Below, piece after piece: positions 34,829 through 48,185 of a stretch of 64,000 nucleotides of DNA (its first letter is position 1; every line of letters starts with the position of its first letter). Source of the DNA: the human T2T-CHM13v2.0 reference genome, Homo sapiens. The stretch lies in assembly GCF_009914755.1 (NCBI RefSeq), contig NC_060926.1. One strand, 5' to 3'. The translations under genes and the position numbers were made by a program. Under the pieces are notes generated by a model. It saw nothing but the letters and a program-made list of their open reading frames with translations. It had not been told where the DNA came from and made no database searches.

Positions 34829-35064
34829 TGGGTGGCAGGAAGGGAGAGCATCTGGAAGAATAGCTAATGGATTCCGGGCTTAATACCTAGGTAATGGGTT
34901 GATCTGTGCAGCAAACCACCATGGCATAGGTTTGTTACCTATGTAACAAACCTGCACATCCTGTACATGTACCATAGAAATTCAGATAAAAGTTGAAGGA
35001 AAAAAGATTCAAAACAAAATAAACGAAAATAAAAACTAAAAGAAAAAGAAAAAGAAAAAGAAAA
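34829..35064 (+). mobile_element. Very short L1PA 3' tip with A-rich/(GAAAAA)n tail
   Basis: GCTTAATACCTAGG...GCAGCAAACCACCATGGC...GTAACAAACCTGCAC. Confidence 0.85.
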
Positions 35065-35599
35065 CCCAATCAGAGACCAGCCTAGGACCAAAAAACTTAC
35101 AACCGCACAATTACCATCAGGACTCTGGGAAACTATACAGTGTGAGTCCTGGACTCTCCAGGGACGCTGCATTGGTCCAGCCTCCTGACCTCTCCCCTCT
35201 CAGGTCCCAGGCCCTTCACATCCTGGGCTCCAGGGTGCTCATCTGCAGCTGCAACCCTCACTTCCTGAACAGTCCTAAAGCTATCTTTACTTGTCTCATG
35301 GGTCACTCAAGAAACCTAATACCATGGTATACTTCCCTGCAAATGCCCTTTTATCTTCTGAGAGCACAGCAAATATTAACATTTTTTTTTTCCTGGAGAA
35401 TACCCCTTAGTATAGGGTGTAATGCCAAATTCCACCAAGAACTTCCATGGAGGCATCAGGTATTGTCCCAAATGTGCCCCACACTAACCTCCCACAGTAT
35501 CTAACATCTAGTTTCTCCCCAAATTCCCCCAAAAATGGACCTGCTGCTACACTGGCCATGATGTTGGCCAAGTGTGAGAGTCAGGGTAGATGACTTGCA

Positions 35600-35960
35600 A
35601 TTGGGATTTTTCCAGTCAGCCCTCTGGATCCATTTTCCACCCTTCTCTGCCCTGCCATGTACCCCCAGAAGACGGCTCTTTGCATGGCATGATCGGCACT
35701 TGCCCTCTCTCTGCCTTCCAGTTGAGTTCAGCCAATCCTCCTACTGACAGGAGCTGTGAGAGGTGTGAGGCATTTATTCCCTTCACCCCTCCATGTCTGG
35801 TTTGGCTTGGGTAGTGGTTGCTTTCCTCTACACAGGGCCACAGCTTTTGCCTGAGGCCTCTAATCAGCTTTAGGAATAGTTCCCACTCCTTGACAATTCA
35901 GGTCTAAAGACAGTAACGATGTCTCACTGTTGCTGACCCCAGGGAGCTTCACCTTTGGGT
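35600..35960. mobile_element. LTR16-like ERVL LTR fragment
   Basis: CCACCCTTCTCTGCCCTGC, GAGTTCAGCCAAT, GGCATTTATTCCC motifs. Confidence 0.55.
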
Positions 35961-36609
35961 GTGCCATCGGATACCTACCAGGGACAATTCAGGGTGGTGA
36001 AAACTAAAGGGTCACCCAAGCCAAAATCCACTGAGGAAAGCCAACTTTCAACTACATGGGAGAATAGGTCCTAATGTCCATACCAAGAGTCAGACCAGGA
36101 ATCAAAGTAGGAGATGCAAAGCCAGAAGGCCAGAACCTAGAAAAGATAGGACCAAACACACCCAGTCAGAAACAAGCAAAAGTGCTGCCAAAAGGATTGA
36201 CAATGGGAAATTATCCTCAACTTTCTAGCAGCAGGTATAAATTGCCTGAATAATACAGACTAGCTTCAAGGATGAGGGACACAATGAATCCTGTAATTCC
36301 CATGTAAGATTTAGTTTTTCCTTCTCCAAGAGCTGAATATTATGATACACATGCCTCAGGGAAGAGCTTTAAGTCAAGGGATCTAACCCTAATGCCCAAG
36401 ATGTGCAAGGGTATGCACTTCTGGGCAAAGAGTCCATAGCATTCATTGAATTTGAAAAGGGATCTGGGGACAAAAATGATAATCATTTCCAGTTAAACCT
36501 ATTTTACCACTCAGCGTTATTTTTTCTTGGAAAATATCTCAGCTCCTGTCTACTATCTCAGCACCAACACTGTGTACCAGAAGGATGGTACACCTCAACT
36601 CTGCATAGA

Positions 36610-36950
36610 CAGAAGGTCCTCCTGACCTTGCCTTTCTCTTTCATTTGGCTGTTCGAGTTGTATTCTTTATGATAAAACTGTAACCATCATAAGCATGGTG
36701 GCTTCAGAGAGCTCTGAATTATCCTAGCAAATTATTGAATCTTAAGGGGATTATGGGAAGCCCCAGATTCATAACCAAATAAGACAAAAGCATGGGTGGC
36801 AAAGGCACGACCAGTACTTTTGGCTGGTATTGGAAGTGGGAACAGCCTTGTGGGGCTGAGCGCCTTAACCCATGAAGTCTGTGTTAACTTCAGGTAGTTA
36901 GTGTCAGAATTGAATTGAACTGTAGAACACCTAATTGGTGTTGGAATGTA
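36610..36950 (+). mobile_element. MER21C-like LTR fragment
   Basis: CTTGTGGGGCTGAGC...GGTAGTTAGTGTCAGAATTGAATTGAA. Confidence 0.7.
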
Positions 36951-38586
36951 ACACTGAACTGGAATCAGCCAGATTACAGGTTGGAGTCTGGGGAAACAGG
37001 ACAAAAAGAGAGAGTCCTATTTTGTACTGTATTTTGTATTTTTGTCCCCCCAGGGGGACACCTGTAATTGTGATTGTTGAGTGTTAATGTGTTTAATTTT
37101 GAAGATCAGGATGTCTTGAAAAGCTGGGACATGCTGGGGCAAAGATGCAGTAAGTGCTAAAGGCTCTACCGAGGAAATAAAAGTGATTTTCAGAGTTGGC
37201 AATGGCTGGCACTGGAGCAGCGTGGAGATGCAGAGCTGTGGCAGGGGAGCTTGGGGAGGCTGAGACAGGAGAAGGCTTGCAACAGGAGCTGCAGGAGAAG
37301 AGTTCCTGGAAAGGATCTCTCTGTGGCCTTGGTATGACTCAAGAAAGGTATGACTGATACTCCCAGCTTGAGCACACCCTGCTGCTTCTCTTGACAAAAC
37401 TCGACCACAAACTAAGCTTCTAGAATGGGTTGTGGAGAATTCAAGAAGGGGCTACATTCTGCGCTGGGGAAGTGTAGACCTAGGGAGATGGAAAATGTGT
37501 GAGATATTCAAAGCAGTAAAGCAGTAGCAATATAACACCAGACAAGAAGTGACCAAGAGAGCTTTAGACTACAGAAATCTATTAAAATATTGGTCTTGGA
37601 CTTCATCCATGATGTGGATGTATCTGAAAGCCATTGCATGTGACTTTCACAGGACAGGGTGAAATCTGACACCCTCAGTGAAATAACTTGAAAAATCTGA
37701 TTACATGTGAGAATGACATGCCTTGCCCTGTTCACTGCTACTCATTCCAGGGGAGTAGCAGTGCTGGCCAAGAAGAGGGGCTTTTCATTTCTGTTAAAAG
37801 ATGCAGTAGAGTTCCAGCTTCTGGCAATGATGGAATAGTTTGATCCATCCTTAACCTTCCTGCAGATAGCAATTATTAAATCTGGACAAATTATTTATAA
37901 GACAACAATTACCTGAAAGCATTGTGGAGTGACCAAATCATGCAGGCAGTGAAGGAGATTACCTGTGCAGGGGGCACCACAATGGGTGAGATTTCTGAGT
38001 TTGTAGCTTTTCACTTAAAGGCCTTCTCCAATAAGCAGTAGGTAGTAAAAACCAAAAATTGGTACAAGGTCAAATAGGAAATCTGAAAGGCCCTTTATCT
38101 ATCAAAGAAATTGAATTTATAATCAAAAGCTTTCACAAAGTAAATTTCAAGCTCAGATGGTTTTACTAGCGAATTCTATTAAATCTAAGGAAGAAACTAT
38201 CAACCTTACACCAACTCTTTCAGAAAGCAGAAGAAAAAAGAACACTTCCCAAATTATTGTATAAAGCCAATAAAACCCTGATACCAAACTTGGCAAGGAC
38301 GTGTATGAAATTTATTACAAGAAGATAAAGATCAATACCCCTCATGATCATGTTCATAAAAATTCTTAACAAACTATTAGCAAGTTGATCCATCAATGTA
38401 CGACAAGGATAAGATCATGACCAAGTGGCAATTACAAACAGGAATGCAAGCTAACATTTAAAAATCAAACATTTAAATTGACCATATTAACAAAATAAAG
38501 TAAAAACTATACATGGTCATCTCAATAGACTCAGAAAAATCACTGGAAAAAATTCATCAGCCATTCATGATTTTAAAAGTAAACAA

Positions 38587-38715
38587 GGCTGTGCATAGTG
38601 GCTCATGCCTGTACTTTCGGAGGCCAAGGTAGGAGGATCACTTGAGCCAGGAGTTTGGGACTAGCCTGGGAAGCATAGTGAAACCCCTTCCCCATAAAAA
38701 AGAAAAAGAAAAGGA
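38587..38715 (+). mobile_element. FLAM/Alu monomer
   Basis: GGCTGTGCATAGTGGCTCATGCCTGTA...GTGAAACCCC plus A tail. Confidence 0.8.
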
Positions 38716-39716
38716 AACAACAACAAAAAAGCCCCACAACAACAACAAGGACATTTAGTTAACTTAGAATAAAGGGGGATTTACCTCACATGTTAAAGGA
38801 CATCTATGAACATCTTTAAGCTAGCAGCTTCTAGCAATCTTCAAAACAGGCATGAAGATTGGAAAATAAGTAAAACTTACCCTATTCATAGATGACAAAT
38901 TTCTATATAAAAAATACCCTAGGGAATCTAATTTTTAAAACTATTAGATCTAATAAATGCTATTAGCAAAGCTTTAGATTCAATGTAAAAATCAATGCAT
39001 ATTTGTGTATTTCTGCAGCAAAAAAGAACACGGAAAACTATTGTTAAATGAAAATTTTTCTCAAAATAATATACAGAATTCAACTCAATCACAATCATAA
39101 TTCCATAGAAATTGATGAACTTATTCTAAAATTTATATTAAATTACAAAAGGCCTAATACAGTCCAGAAACAGACCCATATATACATGGTCAATGGACCT
39201 TTCTACTATAAATGAAAGCAGTTAATGGCCAAAGATCAGATTTTTCAACAGATATTGCCAGACCCACTTGAATATCCATAAAGAAAGAACTCAATCTTGA
39301 CCTCTACTTCACTCAATAAACAAAAACTAATTCAAAGTTGATATAAGAATTAAATAATGAATAATATAGGTTTTACAAGAAAGCAGAATAGCGTCATGAA
39401 CTTGGGGTAGAAAACCATTTCTTAGGAGGAGAAAGCAGTAAACAAAAAAGAAAAAAAAATGATCAGTTGCTCTTTATCAAAATTTAAAATCTTAGTTCAC
39501 CAAAAGACACCAGTAAGAAAATGAATGGGGCAAGGCATAGATTGTGAGAAAATGTTCTTAAAATATAGATCTGAGAAAGGTCTTGTATTCAGAATATAGG
39601 AAGAATTGTTGGAACTTCAGTCCTAAAAAGACAAAGAAATAAAAGATAGGCAAAGGCACTTCTCAAGGAAAAAAATACCAAAGACCAAAAAGCACACTTG
39701 AAAGTGCTCAACTTTA

Positions 39717-39841
39717 GGCTGGACCTGATGGCTTAAATCCCAGCAACTTGGGAGGCTGAGGTGGAAGGGCAGCTTGAGGCCAGGAGTTTGAGGCCAGCCT
39801 GGGCAACACAGCAAGACCCCATCTCTAAAAAAAAAAAAAAA
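39717..39841 (+). mobile_element. FLAM/Alu monomer
   Basis: GGGAGGCTGAGGTGG...GCAAGACCCCATCTCT plus A15. Confidence 0.85.
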
Positions 39842-41170
39842 GCTCTCAGCCTCTCTGCGCAATTATTATTCAGGGAAATACTAATTTAAGCATGAGATAT
39901 CACTGACATCCCCACTAGAATGAAATTAACAAGAACAAAAATACCAAATCTCAGAGAAGGTAGGGAAAAACAGACACTCATATTTTCTTGGGATAGAATA
40001 TGAATAGTACAATCACTCTGGAAAAAAGACAGTTAAATATACACATGCTATTACATCTAGCTATTCTATTCCTCCGTATGTCTAAGAAAAAAAATGTATG
40101 TTCACAAAAAGATTTACACACAAGGATCATAGCAGCTTTATTTACTAACAGCCAAAAGCTGGAAACAACAAAAAAGCCAACAACTGGAGAATGGAAAGAC
40201 ATAACGTGGAGTATCCGCACAATGGAATAGTACTCAGCAATAAAAAGGAATGAACTACTTACACAATGACATGGGTGAACATCACAGATATTATGCTGAG
40301 TGAAAGAAGCCAGATCTAAAAGACGACATACTATATGATTCCCTTCATATATATTTCTAAAACAGACAAAACTAATTTCAGGTGAAAAAGAATACAGGTA
40401 ACCTATAGAGAGGATGCAATTAGGTAGGATATGATGGAACTTTCTGAGATAATGAAATGGTCTATATTACGAGGAAGATGTTGTTACATGGGTTCATCCA
40501 TTTCTCTAATGTATATGGCTGAGATTTATGCATTTCAAAGTATGTAAAATTTACCTTAACAAAAGAACTCTTTTAACAACATCACTGCTATGGGACGTGG
40601 ATTGGAGATTACTTACCGATCATACAATAATGGTAGAATGTTGATAATTTTCAAAGCTAGGTGATGGGTACATGGGAGTACATTATGCTATCACAATTCT
40701 TTTGTAAATGTCTTAAAGTTTGCATAACCAAAGTTTTTCAAATTTACTGGAGTTGTGAGTAGCCCTTTCACTTTTTTGTTAATAAAACTGAAATAGGAAA
40801 CACCACAACCTAAAATTCCAACCACTGCTGTCTGAGCTCTCAGATCAGAGGTAGTGATGGTGTTGTAGGAGGGAAGAGAGGTGAGAGAGGTGGTTAGGAG
40901 AAGGTGGACTCACAGGATCCTAGGAGGAGTGGAGAGGGTGGGTGGGAAAAGGAAGATGAAAGGGAATGGGAAAATGGAGGTGGTGGTGGAAGAAGATGAA
41001 AGAGTCATGGGGACACTGAGCTCCCTGGTTTAGGCAACAGGAGCAGAGGAGTGAAAAGAGAGATGTAGTCTTGGGACACATGCTCAGAGGACAGGGCAGG
41101 GTGCTGAGGCAATCCCAGAGCAGTCCTGGGTCAGGGTGGACCCTGAAAAGGATACCTTCTGTTAGGGTCG

Positions 41171-41508
41171 TGCAGTGGACTGAATGTTTATGTCCCCCAA
41201 ATTTGCGTGTTGAAACCCTAATCAGAATGTGATGGTATTGTGAGGTGGGGCTTTTAGGATGTAATTGTCATGAGGGTGGAGCCCTCCTGAATGGGATTAA
41301 TGCCCTTATAAATGACCAGCAAGCTAGCTAGCTCTTTCCACCTTGTGAGGATACAACATTGCTGTCTGTAGACCAGGGTGAGACCCTTACCAAGAACCCA
41401 ACCCTGCTGGACCTTGATAGTGGACTTCCCAGCCTCTGGAACTGTGAGAAATAAACGTTTAAGCCATCTGGTTTATGGTATTTTGTTATAGCAGTCTGAG
41501 CTAAGACA
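41171..41508 (+). mobile_element. MLT1A-like MaLR solo LTR
   Basis: TGCAGTGGACTGAATGTTTATGTCCCCC...CTAAGACA; TSD GGTCG/GGTCA. Confidence 0.85.
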
Positions 41509-42807
41509 GGTCACCTACCTATCATCTGAGTTGTGTCCCTGTCACAAAACCCCATTGAGTTCAACTAAGACATTTTCCCTATAGGGTCCTTGGTTTAGAG
41601 GAAAGAGGAAATGCCTTCCTTCCTGGGCCAGTAGTGTCACCCTGGATGTCCTAAGCACAAGAGCAGAGTACACTCAAGTTTATGGAGAAATGCCAAGCCC
41701 TAGCCAAGCCTGCCCTGTGATGAGCACCCTCACACACCACATAACGTATACCCAGGTACCCTCTGGCATGGAAGCCATTATCCACATTTTCAAGCTGAGG
41801 AAACAAGCAGAAACTAAAGTCTACTTGATCTGAAAGTCAATCACCATGTGTCCCTTGGTCTGGGCAGAATTCCTTGGTCTGTGACACTTAACACCTGCTT
41901 TTTGTGTTCTCAGCAGCAGCCTGGGCATGGCCATGCGAGCTCCCAAAACACAGTTCCTCAGGCCCATCAAACCTCCCCAAACCCATCTCAAATCCCCCAG
42001 TATTCCTTCACCTCCTCAAAATGAGCCCTTCCCCCTCCCTGACTTTGCACAGGCTGTTCCCTTACCTGAGTGTTCACACTCCCTTTTTGCATGGCTGGTA
42101 CCTTCTCAGTCCTCAGGTCCCAACTCACATCCCCTCCCCAGGGAGAATTCCCGTCTGCGTTTCTTCAGGGGCTTCTCCCTAATATTATTTTTTTTTTTTT
42201 GAAGCTCTTACTTGTTTCCTTCAGGACAGTTACACTATCTGATAATATTTTGTTCCAGAATGTAAGTTCCTGATGACAGGCACCACCTCTGTCTTGTTTA
42301 GTGGGAATTACCCACTGGGATTACTTCTTCTTAAGAAGTTCTTTTAAACACAAAACAGGATGGCTAACAGCTTTCCAGTTTTCTTGCAGTGAAATGTCTT
42401 AAACCTCAAAGAATGTGGGCTCTGGATGGGCCCTCTGCAGAACCACAGAAAAGCATGGCATTGGTGAAGATTCTCCATTTCCCAATGAGGCAGAAACTGA
42501 AATATAAATGAGCTTCTGCCTCTAATCCTGATGATGATAATGATGATGGTGTGGTGGGGATGGTAGTGATGATAGAGGCACTGATGACAATTAAGTTGCC
42601 TTATTACATGCCAGGGACTTCATACATTATCTCCAACCCTTTGAACTACCCTGCATGATGGAGATATATACATACATTAGAAAACTATAATTCAAAAGAT
42701 ACCTGAAGTCATTCTATGTCTAAGATAGACAAATGTCACGTTGACACTGTTACAGCCTCATTCTCCCAGAGGTTTCGGTTACAATGTTCTCTAAAGAACC
42801 CATTAAA

Positions 42808-43128
42808 GGCCCAGCGCGGTGCCTCATGCCTGTAATCCCAGCACCTTGGGAGGCTGAGGCAGGTGGATCACAAGGTCAGGAGTTCAAGACCAGCCTGGCC
42901 AACTTGGTGAAACCCCGTCTCTACTAAAAATACAAAAAAAATATATTAGCCGGGTGTGGCGGCAGGTGCCTGTAATCCCGGCTACTCGGGAAGCTGAGGC
43001 AGAGAGAACTGTTTGAACCCCGGGAAGCGGAGGTTGCAGTGAGCCAAGATCACACTACTGCACTCCAGCCTGGGTGACAGAACAAGACTCTGTCTCCAAG
43101 AAAAACAAACAAACAAACAAACAAACAA
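42808..43128 (+). mobile_element. AluS (Sg-like) just downstream of SUCLG1, (CAAA)n tail
   Basis: dimeric Alu; TSD AAAGAACCCATTAAA 42793-42807 / AAAGAACATATTAAA 43129-43143. Confidence 0.93.
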
Positions 43129-43224
43129 AAAGAACATATTAAAACATACACACACATAAATACACCTCCATTTCTCCCACTCTCCTCATCCTTCACACTG
43201 GAACAATAATAAGCCTCCAAAACC

Positions 43225-43445
43225 ATATTGAAATCAAATAGTAGATTTATTGGCTGTCTCTGTAATACAATGTGGTGAAAACGTCTTAATTCAGGACATC
43301 TTCCACCTTGTTTTGGCTTCCAGTTGTACTGCAAGACCAGTGTCAGGCACATAGGCTGATTAATCAGTGGACAACAGAAGCAAACTGCTGCTGGGTTACA
43401 TGTCTACGTGATCCATTCCACAGTTTTAGGAATTTTTTTTTTCTT
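43225..43445 (-). other. SUCLG1: SUCLG1 3'UTR (cleavage site inferred, approximate)
   Basis: between stop codon and ~20 nt past AATAAA. Confidence 0.75.
43246..43251 (-). terminator. SUCLG1: SUCLG1 polyadenylation signal AATAAA
   Basis: plus-strand TTTATT; upstream UGUA (43266-43269) and downstream U/GU-rich tract; ~195 nt after stop. Confidence 0.85.
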
Positions 43446-43472
43446 TCATAGCATCTTCCTCTTTTCAAATTC
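43446..43472 (-). CDS. SUCLG1: SUCLG1 exon 9 coding part (EFEKRKML*)
   Basis: acceptor ...ctgtttctgaag|GAATTT; TGA at 43446-43448; matches known C-terminus. Confidence 0.95.
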   Translation of the reverse strand, partial: EFEKRKML

Positions 43473-45015
43473 CTTCAGAAACAGAAGAGAGAGAGAAGAG
43501 AGATGGAATGAATAAAGATAAAAGATCCAAATCACATTTAGGATCAAAATGATTTTGAAACCTATTATCTTTAGGATCCCCTGAACAATCAAATTACAGA
43601 AGAAAAATGTACCAGGATGAGGGTGTTTGAACACAGAATAACAGCTTTCAAAATCAGTCTGTGTCAGCCTGAATTTCACGAAACAGATGCAGAGCTTCAA
43701 CTTTACATTTCCTAAATCCAGAAGCAGAGAGGGAGGTTTTGAATAATATTTATTTTTTCACAGCAGTATAATAACAATAATTTTGGGAGCTGAGAAACTT
43801 CATTATGCTTCTGTAGTGCTATATACATGAACCCTTCTAAGAAGGCAATGGAAACAGGTTTGCTCAGTTTCTCAGAGAATAAAGCTAAAGACAGATTGTT
43901 ACAAGGATTTGAACAAAATGTCAAGAACCTTAGAAATACCTGAAACAAACAAATATCTTAAGCAAAGTAGTGTTTAAGGAAACAATACCAAAAATCATAT
44001 TTTTCTAGATTGTAACAATTAGGATAAAATGTGTAGATCCCTGCTGCCACTTACTGGAAGAAAATGGTAACACACATCTCCAATGTGAATTTAAGCATTT
44101 GCTTTTCTCCTTACCCCACCTTCAAATAAAATTATTTCTCACTCTCACTAAGCACCTAGATTTCTTTCAAACACTTTGGCACATAGTGTTATATTCCAAG
44201 AGCAGGATCATGCAAAGATCAATAAAAAAAGGAGTCCACTTTATTTATCTCTAAGACAAGGGCAAAGAAGACCACCAAATCAGGATTTTGAAATTCTCTC
44301 TGAATGCTGTTCCCTTCTAGGAAACCAACTGGTACCTATTTTCAGCATGCTTAAGAGGAGATTTTTTGTTGTTTTTTGCTTTTTGTGTGTGTGTGGCAGG
44401 GGTATACCATCATAAAAATAATGAGGGAGAGAGAGCCTTAAATGATCACTCAAAGAGACAAGCTGAAAATCAGTGCAAAGAGATTACAAAAGACATCAAA
44501 TTACTTAGAATATTTAAACCCATAATGTCCTATTAAAAAAGGAAAAGCAAAACAAACAAACAAAAAACCAAAAACAAACCAAAAAAATGGTTAACAATGG
44601 TATCACAACATAGCCAGGGCCAATCTCCCCATCCTCTTTAGATCTCCCTCCACCCAAACTCCTTCTTCATCCAATTTCCATTTCTTGTTACTCAGCCTCC
44701 AACCTCCTCTCCCTAGAAACAGAAACCCATGGGGTCAGGGTGGCTATATCCCAAAGGAAAAAACAAGTAACAAAACATAAAGCAGTTCTCTGCACAGCTA
44801 CCTTCCAAACTCTCAAAATGGAAATCATGACACTTACGATCTTCAAGATGCTTTTTGTGTATGTTGTATCTTGCCACTTACAAAAATAAAAATCCCAATG
44901 TTTAAAGAAGAAAGCTTTAAAATAAGAACATTATTCCTGGTCATGCCTAATTAGGGCACTAGGACATCAATAGAGTTGATACAAACTATTAAGCTGCACA
45001 TCAGAAAACCAATTA

Positions 45016-45303
<288 letters not shown>

Positions 45304-46086
45304 CTAGAAAGAAAGTAATATTTTAAATGCTCTAATGAAGAAGTCAATCAAAACGGGACCTCAAATTCATGACTCTGCTGGTAAATGGTAAATGGCTTGG
45401 GCAGGGGAAAGCCCACCATTCATCTTAGGAAAACCAACACAAATATTAAACCATGATTGAAACCACTGCATTCTCCTTTGAGTTAACTTTCCATACAAAC
45501 TCAGGAATACAACACTGTGCCAATGTCCGTATCTGTTCAATATAAAACTTCCACTTCACAAATACACATGACGCTATCATTTGAAAAGTAAAAGAGCATA
45601 CTGGAAAATATGATTTGCGATAATAATAATTTAAGACACAAGACTGGGTTGCTTTACTTCAACCTAATATTATGCCTTAATTCATTATTAGTTCACCCTT
45701 AATAAATGTGCTAAAAGAAAAAGATGAGGTGGGAAGTATACTGGAAAGGACCTAGGACTTAATTTTCTAGTAACAAAAGCTGCACGACCTTGGACAAGGC
45801 TTCTTGAGAACCAGACTTCTGCTTCCTCATCTATGAAATGAAATGGCCAAACTGGATTGATGCCCAAAAGCCCTTTCCACTCTGGAATTCTGTGTCTAAG
45901 AGGGAAGATCAGAATTGGTTTTATTCAGCAAAAATCCATTCTAATGTACAATCTCTATATACTAGATTCTGAGGTTTAAAAAAAAAAAAAAAGAAAATAT
46001 AAAAATGTCTGTACTCTAGACATGCAAAGTAGTTGAAGAAATAATATAAAATATGTATAAACCTCAATCCATTAAGAGATACCATA

Positions 46087-46407
<321 letters not shown>

Positions 46408-46559
46408 TTAAGTTTCATAATTAATGGTAATATCATGTTCATAACAGAAGTCCAGAGATAATAAGGAACCAGGTAAAACAGAGAGGACTGAAAAGGCAGA
46501 ACTTGAGCACAAGTGGAACCTGAGAGCTTTCACTTAGGTACCATCATCTTCCCCTAGAC

Positions 46560-47715
46560 CAGCAGTTCTCAGATCATTTGGTCTAGGGATCCCTTATACT
46601 TAAAAGAATTATTGACGATCTCAAAGAGCTTTTGTTGATATGTATTATATCTAATGATATTTAGTATATTAGAAATTAAAACAAATTTTATAAATATTTG
46701 TTAATTCACTTAAAAATAACATTTTAACACTTTAAAAACCATTCTAGTGAGAAGAGTTGCGTTATTTTACCACTTATATTTTCAACTCTTGAATGTTTAA
46801 CTTAATGAAAGACAAATGGATTCTGATAAATGCTTTTGCATTCAATCTGTTGTAGTGTGTTATTTAAGCTGAAGTATAAAAGGAAAATCCAGCCTCACAC
46901 AGATATGTAACTGGAAAAGGCAGAAGTATTTTAAATGACTGCCTTACAGATAATTGGGAGTATTCTTCTTTGATACTAACCAAATCTCTCAAGTGGTAAT
47001 TTCTTACAGGTTAGGTGCAATGTTGGAATCTGAAACCATAGCAGTGAACTTTCTGTCCCTTGTTAATTTAAAACTCATTAATCTGTCTTGCACTTTGAGT
47101 GATCTTTTAACCACAGTGATTTTGTAACATGCATTCCTCAGTTAGGAAATATGTATGGGTTCACTGAGTTATGCAGATCTTCCAAATGCTGACATGTTTC
47201 ATCATTTAATAACAACAAATCAGTTATCAGTATCACCATCAAGCTCATTAGAAAAGCCTCTAGGTAGGAGGAAGCTGTCAAGCTCACAGTTGCAGATGCA
47301 AATTTTCTAAAATTTTAAATATTCACTTGAAAGTTCAAATGTTATTATTAGCAACAAATACTATCAACTGTTTCCCTTGACACAGCAGGTTTACTTTGTT
47401 CATTATTGAGAAGAGATCTGTCTGAATTACCAGTTCGTCTGCCAGTCATTCTTTCAAGTAAAATTGGTGTCCCATGAAAAGGGCAGCTAGTTCAGCTCAC
47501 AACTCAATTGTGACAATGCTTTACTTCCCATTTTATCACAAAATACTGACTCCAGGGTCATAATTTAATAAAATTAATAATTTGCATTGCTTCATCAAGG
47601 ACACTCATAAGTGAAACTGGCTTTTTTTCTCTTTGCACTGTGAGTAGTACATGGCAGTGAATGACTGCTACTCTGGTTCGACTGACTGCCCTGATTCCCA
47701 CTAAGATGCAGCATG
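46560..47715. mobile_element. hAT-Charlie DNA transposon remnant (Charlie1-like)
   Basis: CAGCAGTTCTCA terminus; AAAGAGCTTTTGTT, GGTTCACTGAGTTATGCAGATCTTCCAAATG internal sequence. Confidence 0.7.
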
Positions 47716-47729
47716 CAAGGAGCTACATG

Positions 47730-48185
47730 GTCAGACACTGCTTACTCCTGCCTCATCTGCCACCTTTCCTCCCTTTCTCCTTATCTTCCAGTAACCCCAG
47801 AATGCTCTAGCTCTGTGCCTTTGCTGAGAATGCTCTCCACCCTCCTTGGATGCTTGGCAAACTCCTACTTAACTTTTAAGATCTGACTCTAGCTTCCTCT
47901 TCCCCATAAGCCTTTTCTATCTCTCCCTCCCACCCTCCCCACAAATGCCCTCATAGGTGATCATCTCATCAGTGACCCTGTTGTGCCTTTTACACCCTTC
48001 TACTATTAAATTCAGCACACTGGCTATAACCTATTCCCCGTGTGTTCTTCTACTAAACTATGAATTCCCTGAACACAGAGGTTATATTTTCACTAACTTC
48101 GGTATGCCTGGCACCTACTGTAGTACCTATGGTATAGAATTAAAAAGAAAAGACTCCACAAATTATTTACTCATTCACTCATAAG
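47730..48185 (+). mobile_element. L2 fragment
   Basis: GAATGCTCT...CAAACTCCTACT...GCCTGGCAC pattern. Confidence 0.55.

Larger units (their letters stand above)
37810..40745 (+). mobile_element. Old L1M (L1MC/L1ME-like) degraded ORF2 and 3' end with two FLAM insertions
   Basis: ORF2-like sequence from ~38070; 40000..40230 HTRIIAALFTNSQKLE remnant; L1M-type 3'UTR. Confidence 0.75.

Noticed and set aside
40936-40970. G-tract cluster GGGTGGGTGGG...GGGAATGGG as a G4 terminator pause for SUCLG1
   Set aside because: One 15-nt loop, and the G-rich strand is the template strand, so the SUCLG1 read-through RNA would be C-rich; likely low-complexity sequence
43440-43460. C-terminal KML as PTS1, or stop-codon read-through
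   Set aside because: KML does not fit the (S/A/C)(K/R/H)(L/M) consensus; stop context UGA-A lacks the UGA-CUAG read-through motif
43446-43700. 84-aa ORF ending EFEKRKML as an alternative long last exon
   Set aside because: Upstream part is translated intron and polypyrimidine tract; only the last 8 codons are the real exon
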